Source: Piromyces finnis finn (lineage: Eukaryota; Fungi; Neocallimastigomycota). From it: a stretch of 64,000 nucleotides of DNA. The DNA lies in NCBI GenBank assembly GCA_002104945.1, contig MCFH01000044.1, positions 372,001-436,000 on the forward strand. The letters run 5' to 3'. The notes below the pieces were generated by a model. That model saw only the letters and a list, made by a program, of their open reading frames with translations. It did no database searches and had not been told where the DNA came from. Made by a program: the position numbers and the translations under genes. Below are positions 28,796-47,666 of this stretch, one piece after another. The stretch's first letter is position 1; every line of letters starts with the position of its first letter.

Positions 28796-31180
28796 ATGAG
28801 TAATTTAGAAGAAGAACTAGAAGAAGTAAAAAATAAAATTATTGAAATAATTAATAAAAATAATGTATATTTATTTAAAAAATATATTTCTGAAAATAAC
28901 ATTTTATTGAAAGATTTCAGTAATAGTGAGAATTTTGATATTTTAATTTTCGCTATCGAAAAAAAAGCTTCACTTGAATTAATACAATTTATAATTAATC
29001 AATGTCAATATGAAACTTTAAATTATTATATTATACAAGATGATAAAGTTAAAGTACCACTTTATACTGCTATTAGTAAAAATAAATTTAAAATAGCAGA
29101 TTTATTAACAAAAAACAATGCAGATATCAATTACTTTTCACCTAATATTATAACATATCTTTCTATTTATTATTGCCTTAATCCAATAAATTTAAAATAT
29201 ATTTTAAATCATAATTTTGATAAACAGAAAATAAATTCTAAACTAATAATGGATTTGTTAGAAAGAAAAAAAGACACATTAATAAATATTATATTTAAGC
29301 ATTATATTTTTAATGTTGATTTTATTTTGGAATTGTTAAAAATTTATAAAAATAAAGAACCATTCTCTGATAAATTATTAAATGGTATAATATCTAATGA
29401 AAGAAATAAAATTCATATTGATGAAAAAATGTATGAAAAAGCAATTGAAAAAGAAAATTATAATTCATTAAAGGTGTTATTCAATAATGACAGTAGTGAA
29501 CAAGATATAATATTTTGTAGAATTAACGAATATGATTTGTTGGAAAAAGCAGTTAAAGCAAATGATTATAACTTTGTTAAAAATGTTTTAAAATATGAAC
29601 CTTTTAACTTTAAAAGCTTAAATTCTAAGGAAATATTGTTAAATATCAATAAAAATAACAACCTTGATATTATGAAATTATTAATAAAGTCTTCATTAAA
29701 TTCTATTATAAATGAACAAAAAAATTCTATTAACAAAATGTATAATATACGTTACCTTAATTTCATATTAAATATGATGATAAAAATTAAAAATTTAACT
29801 TTTATTAAATATATTGTGGAGGGGATTGAGTTTAAATCAATTTTTAATATTAATATTGGAGATATTAATGGCGATTATCCAATTATTACAGCGTTCTATT
29901 CTAATAATCTCGAAATATTTGAATATATTATAGAACATGGAGGTGACTGTAATATAAAGAATCGTAATAATAATTCATTAATATCATTAGCTATCGATAG
30001 AAGTAATGGTAGGGATTATATTAAATTAATGCTAAAACAAAATATAACTATAATGAAAGAAGAATACATTAATGGTAGTGATTCTATAATGAAAGCAATC
30101 AATAATAATAATATCAATATTGTTGTGTTATTAATACAGTATGGAATTCAAAATAATATAAATATGAATATAATAGATAGAAATGGCAATACACCTTTAA
30201 CCTTATCTTACCGTTTAAAGCATAAAAATATATTCAAATTTTTAATTAAATATCTAGATATCAATAAAACTGATTTAAATGGAAATAATATATTGTATTA
30301 TGTTATTGTTAAAGAAGATATAGAAACTATGAGATCTTTAATAAGAAATGGTGCAGATGTTAATTCAAAAAATAAATTAGGAAAATCTAACATGGATCTC
30401 CTTATTTCAAAAGGATATACATTTTTAAATTCTTTACTTAATTATAGCCATTCAATATCATTAAATATACCTAACAGCCAAGGTGAAATACCCCTTATTA
30501 CTGTAATAAAAATTAATACATTTTCAGATGAAGAAAAAGAATTTATGGTCGAGAATTTAATTAAAAGAGGCTCTGATGTAAATTTCATAGATAGTACAGG
30601 AAATACATCATTAGTTTATGCAATTCAGAAAAAGTCGAAATCTATTGTTAATTTATTAGTAAAAAATGATGCTAATATAAATTATTTAATTCCAAGTAAT
30701 AATCAAACAATATTAATGTATGCAATAGATATAGGTAATATTGAAATTATTCAACTATTAGTAGAATATGGTGCAGATATTATTTTTAAAAACAATAAAG
30801 GATATTCAGCATTAGAAAAAACGTTTGAAAAAGAAAATTTAGAAATCTTTAAATTTTTTGTAAACTATGATATTAATAATTTTACTAATGAGATTATTAA
30901 TAATTTAATAAGTAAAGGAAATATTTCTTTATTAAAAATATTAATTGAAAACAATTTTGATGTTAATCTAAAAGATGAAAACAATGATACCCCATTAGTT
31001 TATGCTTTTAAAAATAGACAACCAGAAATTGTAAAATATTTAATTGAAAATGGAGCAGATGTTACAAACAAGAATAAACAGAATGAGACAATTGAAGACT
31101 TAAATACAAAATATTTTTACGAATTTGGTTGGCAAAAATCTTATGATAATACACGTCATATTATAAATAAGTATAAATAA
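28796..31180 (+). CDS. Intronless ankyrin-repeat protein, 794 aa; tandem paralogue of 24835-27252
   Basis: Collinear with the upstream gene (QCQYETLNY, SEQDIIF, LIKRGSDVNF, IVKYLIENGADV) and carries ANK motifs. Confidence 0.92.
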   Translation: MSNLEEELEEVKNKIIEIINKNNVYLFKKYISENNILLKDFSNSENFDILIFAIEKKASLELIQFIINQCQYETLNYYIIQDDKVKVPLYTAISKNKFKIADLLTKNNADINYFSPNIITYLSIYYCLNPINLKYILNHNFDKQKINSKLIMDLLERKKDTLINIIFKHYIFNVDFILELLKIYKNKEPFSDKLLNGIISNERNKIHIDEKMYEKAIEKENYNSLKVLFNNDSSEQDIIFCRINEYDLLEKAVKANDYNFVKNVLKYEPFNFKSLNSKEILLNINKNNNLDIMKLLIKSSLNSIINEQKNSINKMYNIRYLNFILNMMIKIKNLTFIKYIVEGIEFKSIFNINIGDINGDYPIITAFYSNNLEIFEYIIEHGGDCNIKNRNNNSLISLAIDRSNGRDYIKLMLKQNITIMKEEYINGSDSIMKAINNNNINIVVLLIQYGIQNNINMNIIDRNGNTPLTLSYRLKHKNIFKFLIKYLDINKTDLNGNNILYYVIVKEDIETMRSLIRNGADVNSKNKLGKSNMDLLISKGYTFLNSLLNYSHSISLNIPNSQGEIPLITVIKINTFSDEEKEFMVENLIKRGSDVNFIDSTGNTSLVYAIQKKSKSIVNLLVKNDANINYLIPSNNQTILMYAIDIGNIEIIQLLVEYGADIIFKNNKGYSALEKTFEKENLEIFKFFVNYDINNFTNEIINNLISKGNISLLKILIENNFDVNLKDENNDTPLVYAFKNRQPEIVKYLIENGADVTNKNKQNETIEDLNTKYFYEFGWQKSYDNTRHIINKYK

Positions 31181-31777
31181 ATGAATAGTAAGAAAATCAA
31201 AATGAATGCTTATATATATCCATTAATAATACAATATTGCTAATAAAGTTTTATTAAGAATATTATCACAATTACTATATCGTTATACATTGAACATATA
31301 AGTAAACATATATATAATATTTTAATAAATATCTAAACTTTTTAAAATAAATAAAAAAAAAATAGTATAATTTTGAAAAACTATTCTTAATTTAAATTTG
31401 TTGATTATATATATATATTGTTCAAAGAATTAAAAGTTGTTACTTTTATACTATTATATATTGAATTTAATAATACTTTATTATTTAATAATAATGACCA
31501 AAAACTTTTTAATGTCTTTCTTATATATGAAAACATTCTTAAAATAATAATATATATTTTTCTAGTAAGAGAAAACCATGTTTAAAAATTTTGTTAATTC
31601 TAAATTAGATAAAATCTTATTGATAAAATATGATCGTTTTCATCTTTTAATAAAACTATACATATATGATAAAAGTTAAACGATATATATAACATTAATA
31701 ATATTTATTTTTTTAAAATGACATTATTAGTAAATCATTAATATTAAATAATTCTTATATAAAATTCAATATTTTTA

Positions 31778-32097
31778 TTATTGATCTTCATTAACCAATA
31801 AGTAATTATATAAATATTTGCAAATTTCATTTTTGGCATCCTTTTTGGTTTTACAACTTAAATATCTATTAAATATTGTACCTTTAAAATTTATTGTACA
31901 ATTAAATAACCCATATTTATTTATTTCTAATTATTTATAATAAAAATAATTATATCAGTATATATTATAAACTTATTTAATATTTATATCTAACTTTATA
32001 TAATACCATATTCAAAAATTAAATCAGACAGTTCGATATTATCATTTTCATTACAATAATTGTATAATTTACTTATATAGTTAATATTATCGTCCAT
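31778..32097 (-). CDS. Putative 79-aa single double-stranded-RNA-binding-domain-like protein (two exons); absent from the ORF track
   Basis: Exon 1 32097-32007, an 80-nt GTATTA...CTGAT...TAG intron (32006-31927), exon 2 31926-31778; 240 nt in total. Translation: MDDNINYISKLYNYCNENDNIELSDLIFEYEINKYGLFNCTINFKGTIFNRYLSCKTKKDAKNEICKYLYNYLLVNEDQ*. Fits the dsRBD alpha-beta-beta-beta-alpha pattern and has a KKxAK motif. Confidence 0.65.
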
Positions 32098-33688
32098 TGC
32101 TAAATACTATACTTTAATAGTAATTAATAAATATATTATATATTGGTGATTTATTTTTATTATTATTGTTGTTGTTGTTGTTGTTTTAAATTTTCGATCT
32201 AAAAAAAAAAAAAAAAAAGTAATGGATGTTTGTTTGTTTTTATATTTATATATGTATGAAAATTTTTATTTTATGTATAAATAATTAGTTAATATTACTT
32301 TAATAATTATTATATGTTTTAGTAGATAATAAAAAATGTTTAATGAGGAAGTACAAAAATATTATTTACTCATTATAATATAATATATAATTATATAATT
32401 ACATTGTAATATTTATGATTAAAGTTATATTCATTCATTTTAATTAATTATATGCTCTAATGTAAAAAAAAAAAAAAAGATATTTAAAAACTTTATTCAT
32501 ATATAATTTTTAATATAATCATATAATCATATAACATTGGACATCTATATTTTAAATCATAAAAACATTACATTATTAATTTAGACATTTTTTTTTTCAA
32601 TTATATATTAAAATTATTCATATATTTATTTTTTATTATATTAAAAAAAATAGAACAGTTTTATTCATTTTTTTATTTAAAATATATAGCTCATTTAACA
32701 AAAATACATATTTACAATAAATAGAAATAATATTCAATATTATTAAAAGAAAACTGAGAATAATATAACAATTAAGAGGATATTAAACTTTTTGTAATTA
32801 TTTAAAATGTTATATAATTACTAATGATCTTGAATCCATATAAAAAAATATTAAAAGTATTTAGAGTATACTTTACTTTTAATAGTAATAATTATATTCT
32901 TTAGTTTATACTACTTTATATTTATTTTTAATAAATAAAAGATATTTAAAACTCATTTTATAAAATTTGTATTTTTCTAAGTTTACAATAGAAAAAGAAA
33001 GAATAAAAAGTTTGAATTTCATAATATTTGATGGCCATTAAAAAATATTCAAATTAATCTATTCAATAAGTTATTATTTATTATTTACTATTATTCTATT
33101 AATAAATAATAAATTATTTTATATATTATAAAAATATATCTTTTATTGAAAAAAAAAAATTATACTAATAAAATTATATATATATTAATATTATGATTGC
33201 ATTAAACGTTTTTAATAAGCATTATAAAAACATAAATGCTCTTTAAATTCTTAAACCAGGTTTATGATTATTATTTTATCCATCATGATATCATGATATT
33301 TATGGATTTAAAAATTAATTATAATTTAAAATTATATAAAATAATTTTTGTATAAATTAATTTTAATTTTCGAATTATTAATAATAGTAATATTTAGTCT
33401 ATCAGAGTGGATTATTTTTCCAATGAATCAAAAATTAATAATCTATATTAAATTATATTTTGAAAATATTCTTTTTTTAAAAAAAAAATTTTTTTTTAAA
33501 CTATCATTTGAAATCTAAAACTAAGATTTCTTTTAAAAAATTCTACATTTATAACTTGAATTAAATATAATTCACTTATAAAAAATTAAAAATATATTAT
33601 CAAAAAATTAATTAATAAAAACAATATCATAATATTTAAAAAAGGAGAAATTTACACATAAAATTTTAAAATAAATAAATTTCAAAAA

Positions 33689-34555
33689 ATGAAATTTTTT
33701 AATGTAAACCTCAATTCTTTAATTAATGTTTTAATTAATTATTTATTAAAAGAGAATTCTCAAGCTATTGGAATGCTTGATGAAAGTAGTTTTGATGAAA
33801 AATTTAATATATATAAGAGTTTATGTAATGTCCGTTATCCTAATCCAATTTCAAATGAATATTTAGAGAATGAGAGAAAATTTTTTGAAGAATTTAATAA
33901 AATCAGAAACTTACAAACTATTGATAAAATAGAACCAATATCTAACAATTATCCATCAGTAAATACGAAATATAAAAATATATTATCTTTGTGGCAAGGT
34001 GATATTACTACACTAAAAGTTGACGCTATTGTTAATGCTGCTAATTCTCAAGGTTTAGGTTGTTTTCAGCCATCACACATTTGCATTGATAATTTAATAC
34101 ATACTTATGCTGGGGTCGCACTACGTTTAGAATGTAATGAAAAAATGAAAGAAATAAAATACCTTGAGACGGGAAAGGCTTTTATTACAAGTGGACAAAA
34201 TTTACCATCAAAACATGTTATTCATACCGTTGGACCTATAATTGAAAATGATTCTTATAATCATAAACTCCATTCTAATGATTATGGAATTAGTGAATTA
34301 AAAATAAAAGATTTATCAAATTGTTATCTTAATAGTTTAAAATTGGCAAATGAAAATAATCTTAAAACTATTGCCTTCCCATGTATATCTACTGGTCTTT
34401 TTAGATTTCCACAAGAATTAGCATGTAAAATTGCAATAGAGACGGTAATTAAATATCTAAATACCCATGAAAATAATTTTGAAAGAATCATATTTAATGT
34501 ATATAGTGATAAAGATTTATCAATATATGACAACTATATAAAAAATAATTTGTAA
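33689..34555 (+). CDS. Zinc-containing macrodomain (Zn-Macro) protein-ADP-ribose hydrolase, intronless, bacterial-type
   Basis: Macro motifs WQGDITTLKVDAIVNAAN, AFITSGQNLPSKHVIHTVGP, IAFPCISTGLFRFP. Zn-loop LGCFQPSHICIDNLIH (C-H-C ligands). N-terminal helical extension (SLCNVRYPNPISNEYL) typical of SirTM-linked macrodomains. Confidence 0.9.
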   Translation: MKFFNVNLNSLINVLINYLLKENSQAIGMLDESSFDEKFNIYKSLCNVRYPNPISNEYLENERKFFEEFNKIRNLQTIDKIEPISNNYPSVNTKYKNILSLWQGDITTLKVDAIVNAANSQGLGCFQPSHICIDNLIHTYAGVALRLECNEKMKEIKYLETGKAFITSGQNLPSKHVIHTVGPIIENDSYNHKLHSNDYGISELKIKDLSNCYLNSLKLANENNLKTIAFPCISTGLFRFPQELACKIAIETVIKYLNTHENNFERIIFNVYSDKDLSIYDNYIKNNL

Positions 34556-34982
34556 AAATAATAAAAAAAAAATCAAAATTCTTATTATTATCTTATGAAA
34601 ATTATATTATTGCTATTTACTAAGATAACTGTTGACATGTATATATATGTGTGTATATATAATTTGACTATATTTGCCTCACCTTCCTTTTTTTTATTAT
34701 TTTAAGACTTTTTTTTTTAATAAAATAATAAAATTAATTTTATTTTTTCATTAATAAATTAATAAATTATATAATTTTATTCTTATTTAAATATAAATTA
34801 ATTTTTAAATTAAAATAGTTATAATTGTGACTTTAAGTATTATCTATCTTATCCAATATTAAATTAACTAAAATGATATTGTAATTTTAATATTTAATAA
34901 AAATTATAATATTATATAATTAAAAAAAATTATAAAAGAATATAAAGATATTAAGAAAAATTTTATATAATTGTTGATAAAT

Positions 34983-36074
34983 ATGAAAAGTTTTATAATA
35001 AATTCATTTATTTTATTAATAATATGTTATACTGAAATATATTTTATAAAAAATATTATCAAAAATCATTATTACCAAAAAACTGAAGAAAACAATAAAA
35101 AAAATATAAAAGAAGACAATTCATATACCTACAAAGAGAATCAAATTATTAATGAATTAGAATCTTCTGAACCAATGAGCGAATTAGATAAAAAAGTAAA
35201 GATTATTAAAGAATTATTAAATGACTGTGATAGTATTTTAATAGGTGCAGGTGCAGGATTGTCTTTAGCTGCAGGTCTTGATGAAGCTCATTTAAATTTT
35301 GAAGAAACCTTTAAAGATTTTATTGAGGTTTATCACATAAAAGATATTTATAGTGGTGGTTTTCAACCATTCAGTACCCTTGAAGAAAAATGGGGTTATT
35401 TTTCAAGAAATTGTGTTTCTTATATTGATACAAAATCTACTCAATTATACGAAAATATATTAAAACTAGTTAAAAATAAAGAATACTTTGTAATAACAAC
35501 AAATGTAGATGGACATTTTGAAAAGTCTGGCTTCGACACCAATAATATTTTTGCCACTCAAGGTGACTTTATTAATCTTCAATGTTCTGTACCATGTCAT
35601 AATAAATTATATGAATCAATTGATCTTTTAAAAGAAATGGTTAAAAATGCAAAAGGTAGATTTATTCCAACGGAATTAATACCAAAATGTCCAAAATGTG
35701 GAAAACCAATGACAACACATTTAAGAATTGATTCTTCCTTTGTAATGGATGATTATTGGTATCAACAAAATGATGCATATAATAATTTCATTAATAAAAA
35801 TAAGAATAAAAAATTATTATTACTTGAATTTGGCGTTGGTTTTAATACGCCTTCTATTATTCGTTTCCCATTTGAAAGAGAAACACTGAAAAATGAAAAT
35901 TGGAATTTAATTAGATTTAATAAAGATTTTTCAGGATTTGTAGCAAATAATATGGATTCTTCTACTTTAAATGATTGGGATTCCATCAAATCATTAAAAT
36001 TAAAAAACAATTTTCAAAATAGATTTATCCCAATAGCGGATGATATTAATGAAGTAATAAATAAACTATTGTAA
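34983..36074 (+). CDS. Class M sirtuin (SirTM, NAD-dependent mono-ADP-ribosyltransferase), intronless
   Basis: ILIGAGAGLS, ITTNVDGHF, FATQGDF (Gln in place of the catalytic His of deacylase sirtuins, a SirTM hallmark), Zn ligands C-x3-C and CPKC, LLLEFGVGFNTPSIIRFPFE. Start is ATG 34983 (with hydrophobic extension) or ATG 35175 (bacterial-length). Confidence 0.88.
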   Translation: MKSFIINSFILLIICYTEIYFIKNIIKNHYYQKTEENNKKNIKEDNSYTYKENQIINELESSEPMSELDKKVKIIKELLNDCDSILIGAGAGLSLAAGLDEAHLNFEETFKDFIEVYHIKDIYSGGFQPFSTLEEKWGYFSRNCVSYIDTKSTQLYENILKLVKNKEYFVITTNVDGHFEKSGFDTNNIFATQGDFINLQCSVPCHNKLYESIDLLKEMVKNAKGRFIPTELIPKCPKCGKPMTTHLRIDSSFVMDDYWYQQNDAYNNFINKNKNKKLLLLEFGVGFNTPSIIRFPFERETLKNENWNLIRFNKDFSGFVANNMDSSTLNDWDSIKSLKLKNNFQNRFIPIADDINEVINKLL

Positions 36075-36563
36075 TTTTTTTTTTTTTTTTTTTATTTCAT
36101 AAAAGCATTACCATAAAAATTAATAAATATTATAATAAATAAATATAAAGGAATTTATGTTTAATATTTTTATTAATGTATAATATTAGCTATATGTGGA
36201 AAAAAATATTTATATATGATATATATATATTAAAAAAATATTAAATATAATATTTTTATATAGAGGAATAATTAAATAAATATATTATTTCTCTTAATGT
36301 TAAATATATCTACAATGTTTTATTCATTAATATACACAATTAATGTTGTTTCTATCTTCTGAATTTTACTTTTAATTTTTCCTAAAATTTTTTTCTTCTT
36401 TCTTTTTTCTTTTTTTTCCTCGATATTGGTTATATTTATTTGTTCAATTTTTATTTGGTAATTATTATTGTCATTATAATAAAAACATTTATTATTGAAT
36501 GATAATTATAAACTATTATTTCATATATTAAAATTAGATTACATTTTTTGTTATCCATATAAT

Positions 36564-44284
<7,721 letters not shown>

Positions 44285-46696
44285 TATTAATATTAATTGC
44301 AATTAAATTTATAAAAGCTTAATGCACTCGAAAAATAAAACAAAATGTGTATCAAGAGAAATATTATTAATGATATTATTTTTTTTTGCTTTTGTTTTGT
44401 TTTTTTACTTTAATTGAAAATTTAATTGATAGTATTAAATAAAATTTAAATTAAGAAAAAAATAATAATAATTAAGAAATACAACCAAAAACTATAAATT
44501 CATTTTTTTTAATATATAACTTTATAAAAATTGTAATAAAGCTATATAAAAATTAAAATGTAATGAATTTTTTTACTTTAGAAACTTCAATGTATTATTC
44601 AATTATTGATATTCTCTAGTTTATGAAAATTTAATTATACTTACTTAAAACTAAAAATAAATATACATAAATATATCTATTTATTGTTGTTATTTTTATT
44701 ATTTTTATTTTAAAGAAAAAAAAAAGATATTATATTATGAAATGTATATTTTAAATCTATTACCGATATATATTATATAATATTGTACTGTATTGTATTG
44801 TTATGTTATTATATTTTTTCTTTTAATAATTTTGAATAAATCTTTTCTTTTTTTCTATTTTTATTACAAATATTATTAAAAAGGAAATATAAATCGATTT
44901 TCTATTGAATTTTATAAAATATATATTTAAGAATTGTAGTTGGGAAAAAAAAAAAAAAAAAAAAAAAAAAGGCTATATATTTTGAATGATTGTATTTACA
45001 AGAATAATTTGAAGAATTAATTTATCTAACATTAACAATAATTAATTTTCATTATTCCTTATAACTCTACTATCTTTACTTAATTTAAAATATATATTAT
45101 TTTTTAAATTAAATATCTTAAACTATTCACTCATGTTTATCTCTTTCTTTTTTTTATTCTCTTATTTTTTTTTCTTTGAATATAGACTAAATTTGTAATA
45201 TTATTTTTCTTATATTAGGTATTTTAATTATAGTGATAATTAGAGGGTAAAAAATATATATGCATGACAATAAAATATAATCATTAGAGTAAGATGTTAA
45301 TCTCTGTTTAAAATGGTATTTTTTATTTATTTTGTAATATAATTTTACTATAAATATATTTTTTTATTTATAATTAACAATTTTAATTAATAACAAATTT
45401 ATCAATAATTATTTTATTATTATTTTAAGTTTTTTTGTTTAAAAAAATGAAAAAATATTTAAAAAAAATATTGATAAGAAATTAATAAAAATTAATCGCT
45501 TAACATCATTTTAATTTTCAAGCCATTTTAATTGAAATTTGCACAACTTATAAGTTAAAATGTATATTATAACAAAAAAAGTTTTTAAGCATTATAATAT
45601 TGTTATATATTAATAATTATAATAAGTAAAATAAGTATACATATTTTGGTATTATTATTTTATTATTTATTATTTTATTATTTTATTATTTTATTTTTAT
45701 TATTTTATTATTTTATTATTTTATTATTATGTTTATTATTATGTTTATTATTATTATTATTTTATTGTTTTATTGTTTTATTATTTTATAGTACTTAGAA
45801 TTTTATTTATTATTAACAAAGCATTTATATATTAATAATGCTTTATTGCTTTATTTACTGGTTATAATCTATGAATCCTTATATATTATAATGTTTACTA
45901 CTTTAATTTTAAATTTTCTTTGTTATTAAGTAATTTTAATTTAATTTAATTTAATTTAATTAAAATAAGGAATATTTTTAATAACTTTATTATATATTAA
46001 ATTTAATATTTAATATGTTTTTGTTACACAATTTAGATTTACATTTTGTTAATATATTATAAATTAATTTAACTAGTTATTTTAGTATATGTATAATTAT
46101 ATTTCATCATTATTTGTGGATTGTATACTTCAGTATATTATTTCGATTTACCAATATATTTAATTATTTAAAAACTTTAATGTTAATATTTTGTATTTTA
46201 ATATATTATATTTTAACACTTTTACATAAATGGTAATATAACTATTATTTTTATCATATAACACTAAATATTTTAATTTGTGCTACCGATAATAATATTG
46301 TTTAAAGTTTAATAATAAATATTCCATAAATGATATTATATAATAATAATAATATGACTAATAAATTATGGCAATAAAATATAATAGTCAATTCATAAAA
46401 CTTATCCCATTTATATTCTTTATACTATTAATGAACATTTTATTTCATTGTTTTTTTTATTATAAATGTTAATATTGCACTATAGAACAAATTAACATAA
46501 AACTTATCTAAATTAGCGATGCTTTCTTAAATGTAATTACAATTAATTATAGTACTATTTACTAATTAGTTTATATAAGTAAATATAGTTAAGTTATTTA
46601 AAATTACCTCATTATTATTATTTTGAGTATGAATTAATTTAATATATTTACAAAAAATTAATATAAACAAGTTAGTATTATTTTTCAAAATATAAA

Positions 46697-46860
<164 letters not shown>

Positions 46861-47666
46861 TTACTATTTTTCTTTTTTAATCTTTATTTCTTCTGTATAA
46901 ATTATTATAAATGCTTAAATTCATATGATATTTATAAGTAATAAATTTAAAAAAATTTCAAATGATAATGAAATATATTAAATAACGTATATATTAGTGG
47001 TAATACTTTTAACCATTTTATAATCCATTATTTAATATTTGAAATAAAATAAAAAATAAAAAAAGATTATATTGATAGTTATTAATTAAAAAGAATTAGA
47101 TTATTAAACTTTTATATTAATTTTCCATACGGTTACACAATTTAATTAATGAGTTAAAAGGAATTTGCAATCTAAATTATTATATTAAATATGAACTTTA
47201 TTATTTTGGGGATATTTAATTTTTATTAATTATTAAAATTTTCATTATTGAGTAAAAATTGAAAAGATTAGATTATATGTTTAATTCATCAAACAACGAA
47301 TATAAATATATTTTAAAAATATATATTATTAAATAAAAAAAAAAAAAATATAAATCTAAAAATAAACACAAAACAAAGAAATACAATATTAATTTTTTAT
47401 TTATAACACAGACAAAATATAATAAAATAATATAATTGAAAGTTATATTTTATATTAATTTCGTTAAATTATTTAATTTTTAAAATCTCGTTGATATGAA
47501 ATAATATTTAAATACTGAATATTTTTTTCTTCTTTTTTTTTATACATTATTTTTATTTTATTAAAAGTTGTTAATTTATTAAATATTATTAATTTTTAAC
47601 AAAAAAAAATTTTTTTAAAAAAAATAGTTATTGCTCTGCTCTTACTAATAAATTTTTATTTGAAAC

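Noticed and set aside
33689-36074. Bacterial contamination or chimeric assembly as the explanation for Macro/SirTM
   Set aside because: Codon usage, poly-A/T flanks and the spacer match the host, and intron-containing genes lie on both sides. Read-level confirmation is still advisable.
36310-36530. Possible extra 3' exon of the cyclase or a separate small gene
   Set aside because: The cyclase frame already terminates at TGA 36566-36564, and I could not build a supported start/splice model for this K/E-rich-looking segment.
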